DNA of 62,703 bases, filler included, from an uncultured bacterium (GCA_964637655.1; 13 parts of 13 records of this genome joined end to end with filler, not necessarily neighbours in it), one strand, 5' to 3'. Shown: positions 9,978 through 19,719, numbered from the whole stretch's first letter. A program made the numbers and translations. Notes: generated by a model not told the origin, from the letters alone.

Positions 9978-10009
9978 GTCATTCCCGAATTGTTCAATCG
10001 GGAATCCAG
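9978..10009 (+). repeat. GTCATTCCCG...CGGGAATCCAG palindrome (CGTC/dRS3-type REP-like)
   Basis: GTCATTCCCGAATTGTTCAATCGGGAATCCAG with stem ATTCCCGA/TCGGGAAT. Confidence 0.7.
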
Positions 10010-10065
10010 CCTCAGCCTGTCAGTGAGCGGGGAAACATGCCGCTGCGCGGCGACAGGAACACCGC

Positions 10066-12822
10066 ATGAGCCTCAGGCGGGCGCGGCGTCTCGCGCGCTG
10101 GCGGCGGCGGTATCGCGCGCTGCTCGAACGCATCCGCCGTACGCTGCATATGACCCGCCGCACCTTCCGCTACCTCCGCTGGGGGGTGTGGGGACTGGCG
10201 GCAGTGCTGCTGCTGGTCTACGGCCTCTTCCCGCATATCACCTTCGAGGCAGAATTCCTCAGCGACGAGGTCGATGCCGCCATCGAGCGCACCATCACGC
10301 ACGAAGTCACCATCGGCAGCACGCGGATGAATCTGCTCGGCGATCTCGTGCTGCGCGATGTCACCATTGCCGCGCGCGACGGCGATAACCAACCCTACCT
10401 CGCGCGCAGCCCGCGCCTGGTCGTGTCGCTTACCTATCGCCCGCTCAACCGGCGCAAGTTAGTGGTTGACAAGGTGACGGCGTACCAGCCCGAGGTGCGC
10501 ATGGCCTACTATCTTGACGGCACCTGGAACACGCAGGGGCTGTTTACGACGGGCCATCACGATACGGAGCATTACCGCTGCGATGTGGAGATTGTCGACG
10601 GGCATTACCTGCTCACTGATTACCATGCCGACACACCGGTGCCCTGGGACTGCACGGAGGTCGATGCGACGCTGCAGGTCAGCGCGCATGACGAGTTCAC
10701 CCTGCAGTTCCGCGGCGAGGCGCAGGCCGGCGGGGCGCCGCTGACGTTCCGCGGCGACATCTACCCGCAGCGCGACATGGTCAATATCACCGCGCGCGTG
10801 CGCAACCTGCCGGCGGCGCGGGCGCTGCCCTACCTGGCGCAGAGCGGGCTGCGGCTTGGCGGCGGCACGCTGGCGGGCGAGGCGGAACTTTTTTTCCGGG
10901 CTGACGGCTACCTCTGCCGCGCCGAGGTGCAGGCGGCGGGGACCGGGGGCGGCTGGCAGGCGATTGACCTGCCGCCCGGTGACGCGCAGCTCAGCGTGGA
11001 GTACCTGAGCACCGGCGGGGCGCTGGCCCTGCGGCGGCTGCGGCTGGAACGGAGCGACGTGACGCTCGAGGCGAACGGCACGGCGACATCCGACGGGCAT
11101 GACCTGCACCTGCGCAGCGGCGCCTTCCCGCTCGCCTGGCTGCCGCGCGTGGCGGGGACCGCCATGCCGGAACTGCGCGCCGCCGGGACGTTCGCCGGCA
11201 CGGTGCATACGCAACGCACCGCGCGCAGCAGCGCGCTGACCGTCGAGGCCGACCTGGCCGCGGCGGCGCTCGCCTGGGAGGAACTGCTCAATAAGCGGCC
11301 CGGCACACCGCTGGCCCTGACCCTGGCGGCGAGCGGCGGGGCGGACGGGCGGCTGCGTCCCGACCGGGTGACGGCGACGCTCGGGACGGGGAGTGTCGTG
11401 CTGCTGCCGGCGGCAGACGGGGCATGGGGCATCACCTTCACGCGGGCACCGCTGGCCACGCTGCAGCAGCTGTCGCCGGCACTGCGCCGGGCGCTGGCGG
11501 AAGGGGAGCTGAGCGCACGCGGTACGCTCGACGGGCGGGCGCAGAGCGGCGCGGGCGGTTCCTTCGACCTGGAACTGACCGCGACGACGCTGCAGTGCGA
11601 CCGCTTCGTCAAGCCGGCGGGGATGACGGCGAAACTCGCGGGAACCTTCCAGGGCGCCCCGGCGTGGAAACTGACGGGCCGCAGCTGGCAGCTCGGGCAG
11701 AGCAGCGGCCGGCTCGAACTCTCCCGCGCCGGTGACGGACTGCTGCAGGTGCTGGTGACCGCGAACGCGCTGCACGAGAGCGATCTGCGCGCCGTGCTGC
11801 CGCATCTCAGCGCCGGGCCGTTCGGTGACGTGCACTGGACGGATGCAGCGAGCGGCAATATCGCCTGCACGAGCGACAGCCGCAGCAGTGTTTACGCGGG
11901 GCGACTGGCGGCCGCGGGAGCCGCGGTGAGCATCGGCGACTGGCTGCACAAGCCGGCGGGGATGCCGTTTGTCATCGATTTCTCGCTGCGCCGGCAGGGG
12001 GATATCACCATAGTCGCGAAAACGACGGTGCAGGCGAACAACAGCGTTTTTTCCGTCATCGGCGAGAGCAACGAGGGGCGCGAACTGGCCGATTTCACCG
12101 TCAGCAGCGAGCGCTGCAGCCCGGCCGACCTGCGCCAGCTGTTCGTCTTCTGGCGTGAGCGGGGCGACCGGCTCGGCGCGTGGGACGGCATGACGTCCGG
12201 GGTGTTGCGCCTGACCCGCTCGGGCGAGACCTCCGACTACGTGATCAGTCTCAACCTGCAGCAGACGGCATGGGAATACGAGGATGTGTTCCGCAAGGCG
12301 CGCGGCCAGCCCGCGAGTTTGCAGACCGACATCTCGGTGATGCCCGGGCGGGTACTGCTGCGGCGCAGCGAACTGCACATCGCACAGAGCACGCTGCGTG
12401 CCAGCGGCTCGGTTATTCCCAGCGGTGACTACCGGGTCGACCTGACGCTCATGGCGGACATCTACACGCCCGAGGTCAATACCTACCTGCTCAACCTCGA
12501 CCAGCGCCGCGTGGTCGGCTACCCGGCGACGACACTGATCGATTCGCTGCAGGACCGCGACCGGCGTATCGACCTCGAGTGGCAGGTGCAGGGGACGTTC
12601 GCCAAACCGCAGTTCGCGCTCGAGATGAACAAGGCGGTCAGCGAGGCGCTGCGCAATACCATCGACAACCGTTTTCGCTCGCTCGGACTGCTGGTCGAGG
12701 GGACGCTGCGCATCGGCGGGCGTATCATCGCGCTGCCGTTCAACGTGCTGCGCATCTTCACGCGTGACCGCGAGGCGGAGACGCGCGCGGTGCCGGCGCC
12801 GCAACCGGAGATCCGCCGATGA
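10066..12822 (+). CDS. AsmA-like/DUF748-like periplasmic beta-rich protein
   Basis: N-terminal TM anchor, long alternating beta-strand pattern, C-terminal VQGTFAKPQF motif. Start may be 10150. Confidence 0.7.
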   Translation: MSLRRARRLARWRRRYRALLERIRRTLHMTRRTFRYLRWGVWGLAAVLLLVYGLFPHITFEAEFLSDEVDAAIERTITHEVTIGSTRMNLLGDLVLRDVTIAARDGDNQPYLARSPRLVVSLTYRPLNRRKLVVDKVTAYQPEVRMAYYLDGTWNTQGLFTTGHHDTEHYRCDVEIVDGHYLLTDYHADTPVPWDCTEVDATLQVSAHDEFTLQFRGEAQAGGAPLTFRGDIYPQRDMVNITARVRNLPAARALPYLAQSGLRLGGGTLAGEAELFFRADGYLCRAEVQAAGTGGGWQAIDLPPGDAQLSVEYLSTGGALALRRLRLERSDVTLEANGTATSDGHDLHLRSGAFPLAWLPRVAGTAMPELRAAGTFAGTVHTQRTARSSALTVEADLAAAALAWEELLNKRPGTPLALTLAASGGADGRLRPDRVTATLGTGSVVLLPAADGAWGITFTRAPLATLQQLSPALRRALAEGELSARGTLDGRAQSGAGGSFDLELTATTLQCDRFVKPAGMTAKLAGTFQGAPAWKLTGRSWQLGQSSGRLELSRAGDGLLQVLVTANALHESDLRAVLPHLSAGPFGDVHWTDAASGNIACTSDSRSSVYAGRLAAAGAAVSIGDWLHKPAGMPFVIDFSLRRQGDITIVAKTTVQANNSVFSVIGESNEGRELADFTVSSERCSPADLRQLFVFWRERGDRLGAWDGMTSGVLRLTRSGETSDYVISLNLQQTAWEYEDVFRKARGQPASLQTDISVMPGRVLLRRSELHIAQSTLRASGSVIPSGDYRVDLTLMADIYTPEVNTYLLNLDQRRVVGYPATTLIDSLQDRDRRIDLEWQVQGTFAKPQFALEMNKAVSEALRNTIDNRFRSLGLLVEGTLRIGGRIIALPFNVLRIFTRDREAETRAVPAPQPEIRR

Positions 12823-12830
12823 CACACCTG

Positions 12831-12911
12831 TTCACCACAGAGCACACAGAGAACGGCAACGGCATAAACACCGGCAACAGTTTTACCACGGAGCACACGG
12901 AGCACACGGAG
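12831..12911 (+). repeat. Two left arms of the TTCACC-AC(A/G)GAGCAC 9-mer repeat family
   Basis: TTCACCACAGAGCACACAGAG at 12831 and TTTACCACGGAGCACACGGAGCACACGGAG at 12882. Confidence 0.85.
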
Positions 12912-12926
12912 AAAGGCGGCACGGAG

Positions 12927-13005
12927 CCCTCACCCTGCCCTCTCCCGCCGCGGCGGGAGAGGGTGATTACCTTCCCCCGCTCAGCGGGGGAAGGCTGGAT
13001 GAGGG
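12927..13005. repeat. Double-hairpin (cruciform) CCCTCACCC/CCCTCTCCC element, boxC-like
   Basis: Perfect 26-bp palindrome CCCTCTCCCGCCGCGGCGGGAGAGGG (12938-12963), 12-bp stem CCTTCCCCCGCT/AGCGGGGGAAGG (12970-12994), closed by CCCTCA/TGAGGG. Confidence 0.8.
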
Positions 13006-13071
13006 TGGAGTATCTTCAAAAAAGCATTACCGGCAACTCCAGAAAAATTCACTGGGGAACGTCCGGAAGAG

Positions 13072-13366
13072 CGCAGACGCTCCGCGTGCTCCGTGTGCTC
13101 CGTGGTGAAAGATGTACGCGTTTCGTCATCGGCGCAGGCGAGGGCGCCTGTGCCACGATACTACCGCAGGCTGAAGCCTGCGGCTACCACGGCAACGGCG
13201 AAAACTGCACGATTACCGGTATATCGCAGACGCTCCGCGTGCTCCGTGTGCTCCGTGGTGAAAGATGTACGCGTTTCGTCATCGGCGCAGGCGAGGGCGC
13301 CTGTGCCACGATACTACCGCAGGCTGAAGCCTGCGGCTACCACGGCAACGGCAAAAACTGCACGAT
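13072..13366. repeat. Direct repeat of a 142-bp composite unit (period 153 bp)
   Basis: 13072-13213 vs 13225-13366 differ at one base. Each unit has a 9-mer-family right arm, a GTGG-type REP hairpin and a GTAG-type REP hairpin. Confidence 0.92.
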
Positions 13367-13405
13367 ACACAATTCGGGGATGACGGCACGCACGGGCGTG
13401 AGCAG

Positions 13406-14509
13406 ATGGCGCGCATACTGATCGAGGCGCGGACGCTGCAGCTGGGCGGCGGGCCGGCGGTCTATGCGCGCGAGCTGCTGCGCGCGCTGGCGCGGCAGGA
13501 GACCGCGCATCAGTTCAGCGTGCTGGTGCCGCGCGCGGCGGACTGCGCGCTCCCCGCGCTCCCGGGCTGGGAGATCATCGAGACGGGGTGGCGCTGGCGC
13601 GGCTGGCAGCCGCTGTGGGACGAGGTGGTGGCGGCGCGGGAGGCGCGGCGCGGGAAATTCGACCTGCTGCATATGACCAAGAACGCGGCCCCGCCGGCCT
13701 GGGGCGGCCCGACGGTCACGACGCTGCACGATGTCTGCCCCCTGGTGCTGCCGGAACTCTCCTCCCCGCTCGAAGGGAAGTACTGGTCGTGGCAGATGCG
13801 GCACCTGCCGGCGCGCGCGGCGCAGCTGATTACCGTGTCGGGGACGGAGCAGGCGCGCATCGCGCGGGTGCTCGGTGTCGGGCGCGAACGCATCACGGTG
13901 ACGCGGCTGGGGGTCGATGCGGCCTTCCGCGCGGCGCCCGACGCGGCGGCGCAGGCGGCGGTGCGCGCGCGCTGCGGCATACCCGCCACCTACCTGCTCA
14001 ATGTCGGCACGGTGTCGGTGAAGAAGAACATCACCGTGCTGCTCGGCGCGCTGAAGCGCGCGCGGCTGCAGCAGCCCGACCTGCCGCCGCTGGTCATTGT
14101 CGGGCGGCCCGGGCACGGCATCCCGGAGATCTGGCCGGAGGGGGTGATCCGCGTGCCGCAGCTGCCGCATGCCGAGCTCGTCCACCTCTATCACGGCGCG
14201 CAGCTGATGCTCTTCCCGAGCCGCTTCGAGAGTTTCGGCCTCCCCGCGGCGGAGGCGCTGGCGGCGGGAGTGCCGCTGATCGTCAGCGACGACAGCGCGC
14301 TCCCCGAGATCGTCGGCGACGCGGCGGTCAAGGTGCCGGTGGATGACGCGGCGGCGCTGGCGGCGGCCGTGGTGCGCCTGCGCGGCGACGCGGCGGAATG
14401 CGCGCGGCTGCGCGCGGCGGGGCGCGAACGGGCGGCCCTGTTCGACTGGGACGCCTGCGCCCGGGAACCGCTGGCGGTGTACGACGCGGAGCTGGCGGCG
14501 GGGCACTGA
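13406..14509 (+). CDS. Glycosyltransferase family 4
   Basis: TLHD, LITVS, FPSRFESFGLPAAEALAAGVP. Confidence 0.9.
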   Translation: MARILIEARTLQLGGGPAVYARELLRALARQETAHQFSVLVPRAADCALPALPGWEIIETGWRWRGWQPLWDEVVAAREARRGKFDLLHMTKNAAPPAWGGPTVTTLHDVCPLVLPELSSPLEGKYWSWQMRHLPARAAQLITVSGTEQARIARVLGVGRERITVTRLGVDAAFRAAPDAAAQAAVRARCGIPATYLLNVGTVSVKKNITVLLGALKRARLQQPDLPPLVIVGRPGHGIPEIWPEGVIRVPQLPHAELVHLYHGAQLMLFPSRFESFGLPAAEALAAGVPLIVSDDSALPEIVGDAAVKVPVDDAAALAAAVVRLRGDAAECARLRAAGRERAALFDWDACAREPLAVYDAELAAGH

Positions 14510-14510
14510 C

Positions 14511-14851
14511 GTGCAGCGGCTGGCGCGCGCGCCCGGCGACAGCACCGGCGCGGGGGGGAATTATTTCAGCGGGCAGGACCTGCGCTACCTGAACGGGCTG
14601 GCGGCGCATCTCCCCTTCCCGCGCGAGGCGGTGCTGCGCCGGCTGCCGCGCGGGGCGCGGCTGGTCGACGGCGGCTGCGGCCCGGGGCGCTGGGTGCAGT
14701 ATTTCACCGCGCTGGGCTACCGGATCACCGGCTACGAGCAGGCCGCCGGGCTGGTGCGGCAGGCGCGGCGCGCATGCCGCGGCCTGGCGGTGCGGCAGGG
14801 TGATATCGCGGCGCTGCCGCTGCGCACGGGGAGCGTCGACGGCTACCTGTC
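14511..14851 (+). CDS. Class I SAM methyltransferase (3' truncated)
   Basis: LVDGGCGPG, QGDIAALP. Confidence 0.75.
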
Positions 14852-14951
14852 NNNNNNNNNNNNNNNNNNNNNNNNNNNNNNNNNNNNNNNNNNNNTTAAT
14901 TAATTAANNNNNNNNNNNNNNNNNNNNNNNNNNNNNNNNNNNNNNNNNNNN

Positions 14952-16248
14952 AGACGCTGCGCCCGGCATGCTGCCGGAGCCGGTGGCCTACTGGTCCGCG
15001 CGCGCGGTCGCACAACGGGGACTCGCACAGCCCTTCACGGGGAGCGAAACGGAAGCGACCGCCGAGTTCGAGCGGCTGCTCCGGCAGTCGGTCAGACGAC
15101 AGATGGTCGCCGACGTGCCGCTCGGCGCCTTCCTCTCCGGCGGGCTCGACTCGTCGCTGGTCGTCGCGCTGATGCAGGCGCAGAGCGAGCGCCCGGTGCG
15201 CACCTTCACCATCGGGTTCGCCGAGAAGGAATACAACGAGGCGGAGCATGCCCGGGCCATCGCGCAGCACCTCGGCACCGACCATACCGAGTTGTACGTC
15301 AGGCCGCAGGACGCGCTCGACCTGATCCCGCGCCTGCCGCACATCTATGACGAACCGTTTGCCGACTCCTCGCAGGTGCCGACGACGCTCGTTTCACAAC
15401 TCACCCGCCGTCATGTCACGGTATCACTGTCGGGCGATGCGGGTGACGAACTCTTCGCCGGGTACAACCGCTACCGGCTCGGGCGGCGCATCTGGGGAGG
15501 CGTCAGCGCGGTGCCGCGCCCGCTGCGCCCGCTGCTCGCGCCGCTCGCCCGCGGTGCGGCGCCCGTGGCCAGCACGCTGCGCCACCTGCTGCCGTCGCGT
15601 CTCGCCCTGCAGCTGGGCGGCGACAAACTCAACAAGCTGGCGCATGCGCTCGACTGCGCCGACAGTGCCGCCTTCTACCGCCTGCTCATGTCGCACTGGC
15701 ACGAACCTGAGCGCGTCGTCAGCGACGGGCGCGAGCCGCTTACCCGGCTCACCGACCCGCAGGAGCGCCTCAGCGTCGACTTTGTCACGCAGGCGCAGTA
15801 CTGGGACCTGGTCAGTTATCTCCCCGACGACATTCTCGTCAAGGTCGACCGCGCGGCGATGTCCTGCTCGCTGGAGACGCGCATCCCGCTGCTCGACCAC
15901 AGCGTGGTGGAATTCGCCTGGTCGCTCCCCCCCGCATACAAACTGCGCGGTGAGGTCACCAAGTGGCCGCTGCGCCAGACCCTCTATAAGTATGTGCCGC
16001 GCGCACTGGTCGAGCGCCCGAAGATGGGCTTCGGGGTGCCCATCGACCACTGGCTGCGCGGGCCGCTGCGCGACTGGTGCGAATCGCTCCTCAGCGGGGA
16101 GCGCCTGCGCCGCGAGGGGTATTTCCACCCTGCCCCCATCCGCGAAAAATGGGCGCAGCATCTCTCCGGGCGTTTCAACTGGCAGTATTTTCTCTGGGAT
16201 GTCCTGATGTTCCAGGCGTGGCTCGACGCCTCCAGCCCGTCGGCATAA
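14952..16248 (+). CDS. asnB: Asparagine synthase (glutamine-hydrolysing) family amidotransferase, 5' truncated
   Basis: ADVPLGAFLSGGLDSS, DEPFADSS, LSGDAGDELFAGY, KVDRAAM, ERPKMGF. Confidence 0.9.
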
Positions 16249-16259
16249 CGGCAACGTTT

Positions 16260-16397
16260 TCTCACCGGGCCGTACGCAGAGAAAACACTGTTTCCTGTGA
16301 GGGAATGCCCTGCGGGCAACGGGCATCAACACGAATTACTACAGGATACCGGCAAACCGCAACCGCTCCGTGTGCTCTGTGTGCTCTGTGGTGAAAA
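16260..16397. repeat. Diverged ~138-bp member of the 9-mer inverted-arm element family
   Basis: Right arm CTCCGTGTGCTCTGTGTGCTCTGTGGTGAAAA (16366-16397), degenerate left arm TCACCGGGCCGTACGCAGAG, internal GCCCTGCGGGCA shared with the 59-kb copies. Lies between convergent genes. Confidence 0.75.
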
Positions 16398-16421
16398 CCG
16401 TTGTTTAGAGCATTGTGCGGA

Positions 16422-17624
16422 TCAGCGAGCGGCGGCGGCTCCCGCCTGATACCCCGACGCAAAGGCAAAATGCAGGTTGTGACCGCCGCTGAGACCGTGC
16501 ACGTCGAGCACTTCGCCTGCAAGGTACAGGCCGGGCACCAGCCGCGACTGATAGTCGTCGTCGATTTCCGCTGTCAGCACGCCGCCCGCCGTCACCTTGG
16601 CCGCGGCAAACGTATCGGTCCCCGCCACCGGTTCGACGGTATCCTTGAGCACCGCGAGCACCGCCTGCTGCTGTCCGTCCGTCAGTTCCTGCCATGTCCT
16701 GCGCGCGGCATCACCGGCTGCGGTCAGCAGCGCCTCCGCCAGCGGGCCGGGAAGCCAGCCGAGCAGGGCCACCCCGAGCGGCATCGTCGATGCTGTCAGC
16801 CGCTGCCGTACTTCTGCGGCATCCCATTCGGGCAGGAAATCGATATGCAGTGCATGCGTCCCCTGCAGGCGATACGCGGCTGACAGGTTCATCGCCAGCG
16901 GGCCGGAAAATCCCGTTTTCAGGAACAGCATTTCGTCGGTGAGTTCCAGCAGGTTTTCCCCGTCACACCGGAGCGACGCGCGCACGTGCGCTTTCTGCCC
17001 GTGCGCTCTTCCCCAGCGCTGCGGTTGCCCCGCCAGCAGGGGCGTCAGCGCCGGCCGCGGCGGGGCCACCGTATGCCCCAGCGTCCGCAACCAGGCATAG
17101 GCGTCGCCCGTCGTGCCATACACCGGGGCCGCCGCGCCGCCCGCCGCCACAATACAACGCGAGGTCAGCCATGCGCGCCCGTCAGCACAGGTCGCAGTTA
17201 TGCCATCGTTGCCTGCGGTCAGGGTCGTGACCGCCGCCCGGGTGACGAACTCCGTGCCGAGCGAGCGCGCCTTTGCTTCGAGCAGGCGCGACACCCCGTC
17301 CGCACGTCCGCCACGCGGGTAGAGACGCCCTTCCTCTTCGACACAGCTGATGCCGCACTGGTCCAGGATGTCGAGCAGCGCGTCGGTCGGCCACCGCGCG
17401 ACGAAGCGTTCGATGAAATCCGCCTGTCCGAAATAGGCCGCAGTCGCTATGGGGCGGTGGGAGAGATTGCAGCGTCCGTTGCCGGTGGCCAGCAGTTTGC
17501 GCCCGATGCTGTCGTTTTTTTCGAGGATAACGGTGCGGCGGCCGCCGGAGCCGATGGCCGCCAGCAGGCCCGCCGCCCCGCCGCCGACGATGAGCAGTTC
17601 CGCCGGTTGCGGTGCCTGCGGCAT
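16422..17624 (-). CDS. HI0933/BaiN-family flavoprotein oxidoreductase
   Basis: IVGGGAAG, GRKLLATGNGRCN, VTAGGV, GEVLDVHG.SGG.NL. Confidence 0.9.
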   Translation of the reverse strand: MPQAPQPAELLIVGGGAAGLLAAIGSGGRRTVILEKNDSIGRKLLATGNGRCNLSHRPIATAAYFGQADFIERFVARWPTDALLDILDQCGISCVEEEGRLYPRGGRADGVSRLLEAKARSLGTEFVTRAAVTTLTAGNDGITATCADGRAWLTSRCIVAAGGAAAPVYGTTGDAYAWLRTLGHTVAPPRPALTPLLAGQPQRWGRAHGQKAHVRASLRCDGENLLELTDEMLFLKTGFSGPLAMNLSAAYRLQGTHALHIDFLPEWDAAEVRQRLTASTMPLGVALLGWLPGPLAEALLTAAGDAARRTWQELTDGQQQAVLAVLKDTVEPVAGTDTFAAAKVTAGGVLTAEIDDDYQSRLVPGLYLAGEVLDVHGLSGGHNLHFAFASGYQAGAAAAR

Positions 17625-18127
17625 TACGCCCAGACGCGCGCCTGCTGCTGCTGGTCGACCACCTTCGTCGGGAAGAAATCAACGATGAGTTCGTCCGGGG
17701 TAAACCAGAGCTTGATTTCGCGTTCGGCATCCTCGGTGCACGAGGAAACGTGTACTACGTTCTCGTAGATCCCCTTGGTGGTGATGCGCCCGTACGCGCC
17801 GCGCAGCGAAACAGGGTCAGCTTCCTCGGGGTTGGTCGCTCCCGCCAGCGTCCGGCACTTTTTGATGGCGTCCTCACCGTAGTAGACGAGCGCCATCACC
17901 TTCTTGCGGTCATGCAGTTCGCCGCGAATGTAGCGGATCAGTTCCTCGAAAAAAGGTTTTCCCTTGAGATGCTGGTAATGGTCCTCTGCCAGTTCGCGCG
18001 ATACACGCACCATGCGCGCCGCCATGATCTCGAGTTTGGTCTCCGACAGCCGGGTAAGAATGTTCCCCGTCAGCGACTTGACCAGTCCGTCCGGCTTGAT
18101 CAGTATCAGTACCGCTTCCTGTGCCAT
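17624..18127 (-). CDS. ndk: Nucleoside diphosphate kinase
   Basis: LIKPDG, GATNP, SLRGAYG, ENVVHVS, EREIKLWF. Confidence 0.92.
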   Translation of the reverse strand: MAQEAVLILIKPDGLVKSLTGNILTRLSETKLEIMAARMVRVSRELAEDHYQHLKGKPFFEELIRYIRGELHDRKKVMALVYYGEDAIKKCRTLAGATNPEEADPVSLRGAYGRITTKGIYENVVHVSSCTEDAEREIKLWFTPDELIVDFFPTKVVDQQQQARVWA

Positions 18128-18156
18128 GTTCCTGCCTCCGTCAATGATGTTGCTGC

Positions 18157-18185
18157 ATCCTACTACCCTCCCCGCCCGATGTCAA
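18157..18185 (-). promoter_or_regulatory. Putative ndk promoter
   Basis: TTGACA-17 nt-TAGGAT on the minus strand; GGAGG SD before ATG 18127. Confidence 0.5.
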
Positions 18186-18217
18186 ACTCGGGAACGTCAA
18201 ATTCGGGGACGAAATTC

Positions 18218-18404
18218 GGGGACGGAGCTCAAGTTATTAAGTTATTGCCATCATTCTGATATTCCTATGAGATATGCAACACTTCAACAGGGTAATTTTC
18301 TCCCACCTGCAAAAACCGGGCAATAATCACCCGCCTCCTGGCTCATTGTTTCTTGTTGCTTATCAGACGGTTATGCATAACTTAATAACTTGAGCTCCGT
18401 CCCC
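18218..18404. mobile_element. 187-bp MITE/REPIN-like element with perfect 28-bp terminal inverted repeats
   Basis: GGGGACGGAGCTCAAGTTATTAAGTTAT (18218-18245) and its exact reverse complement (18377-18404). AT-rich non-coding interior; tandem AAAYTCGGGRAC copies to the left. Confidence 0.75.
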
Positions 18405-18405
18405 A

Positions 18406-19521
18406 TCAGATGAGGACGAGGTGATTGCAGTGGATGACTTCGCGTTCGGTGCGGGTGCGGGGTTTGGCCAGGGCGGTGCGCAGTTCGCCTGCACCATAGG
18501 CGCAGACGCCGCGCGCCACTTCCTCGCCGTCGGCGGTGCGGACACTGACCACTTCGCCGCGGCGGAATGAGCCCCCGACAGTTTTCACCCCGGCAAGGAG
18601 CAGTGAGCGTCCTCCGCGGCGCAGCGCCGCCGCCGCGCCCGCGTCGACAGTCAGTTCACCCGCCCGGCGTGAGCCGTAGGCAATGAAGCGCTGGCGCGCC
18701 TTGAGCAGGCGCTGCGGCAGAAAGAGCGTGCCGACATCCTCGCCGGCCAGGATGGCGGAAAGCACGCCGGGCCGCGACCCGTCGGCAATGACCAGCGGCA
18801 CACCCGACCCGGCGGCAATCTGCGCCGCCTGCAGCTTGGTGACCATCCCCCCCGTCGTGACATTGCCTTTCGTGCAGCCGGCCACCGAGAGGATGCGCTC
18901 ATCTATTTTCGGCACGACGCTGATGACCTCGCCCCGCTTCCCCGGTGCGGGTGCGCAATTGTAGAGACCCTCGACGTCAGTGAGCAGGACGAGCAGGTCG
19001 GCATCATCGAGCAGCGCCACGTAGGCGGCAAGTCGGTCATTGTCGCCGATTTTCAGTTCATCGACGGCAACGGTATCATTTTCATTGACCACGGGCACGA
19101 TGCCAAGGTCATGCATCGCCGCGAGCGCCTGCTGCGCGTGCAGGTACTGGGTCCGGGTGCGGATGGTATCGTAGGTGAGCAGCACCTGCGCGGCCTGGAT
19201 GCCGTGGCGGTGGAAGAGGCGGTAGTAGAGCCCCATGAGGTGGATCTGCCCGAGGGCGGCAATCGCCTGCTTGACGGGGAGCGCCGCCGGCTTGCGCGCC
19301 ATCCCGAAGGCATGCATCCCCAGCCCGACCGCGCCCGAGGTGACGAGCGTGAAGCGGTGCGCCCCGGTCAGTTTCGCAATATCGGCAACGAGGCGTTTGG
19401 CGCGTTCGCGGCTGATGCCATGCTGGCGGTCGGCCAGCAGCGAGGTGCCGACCTTGACCACGACCTTTTTCACGTTGCCCAGTGCCGCCTGCCGCACGGC
19501 GGCGATATCAAGCCCGTTCAT
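18406..19521 (-). CDS. proB: Glutamate 5-kinase with PUA domain
   Basis: VVKVGTS, VTSGAV, NENDTV, GDNDRLAA, TGGMVTKL, PUA domain. Confidence 0.95.
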   Translation of the reverse strand: MNGLDIAAVRQAALGNVKKVVVKVGTSLLADRQHGISRERAKRLVADIAKLTGAHRFTLVTSGAVGLGMHAFGMARKPAALPVKQAIAALGQIHLMGLYYRLFHRHGIQAAQVLLTYDTIRTRTQYLHAQQALAAMHDLGIVPVVNENDTVAVDELKIGDNDRLAAYVALLDDADLLVLLTDVEGLYNCAPAPGKRGEVISVVPKIDERILSVAGCTKGNVTTGGMVTKLQAAQIAAGSGVPLVIADGSRPGVLSAILAGEDVGTLFLPQRLLKARQRFIAYGSRRAGELTVDAGAAAALRRGGRSLLLAGVKTVGGSFRRGEVVSVRTADGEEVARGVCAYGAGELRTALAKPRTRTEREVIHCNHLVLI

Positions 19522-19586
19522 GTGTTCTTCCTCTGACTGTTTCCCCCGCACTTCCGGCGGGTCCCTCAATACGCCGCGGAACTGCG

Positions 19587-19719
19587 TTCACCACGGAGCA
19601 CGCGGAGCACACGGAGTGTCCGGCCATGGCACTGGTCATGACCGTCATCCCAACGGCCGGCAGGAACGTTGCCCGGACACGCGGGCAATGCTTCGCTTTC
19701 TCCGTGTGCCCCGTGTGCT
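19587..19719. repeat. 9-mer inverted-arm element with truncated right arm
   Basis: TTCACCACGGAGCACGCGGAGCACACGGAG (19587-19616) ... CTCCGTGTGCCCCGTGTGCT (19700-19719). Confidence 0.8.

Noticed and set aside
13072..13366. Possible CRISPR array (also 59013-59370)
   Set aside because: Only two long units each, no unique spacers of constant length, and no cas genes. The Cas4-like nuclease is on another contig and stands alone.
12819..13421. 200-aa ORF with internal repeats (FTTEHTEHTE...)
   Set aside because: It is a translation of the palindromic repeat hub, with no protein-like features and atypical codon usage.
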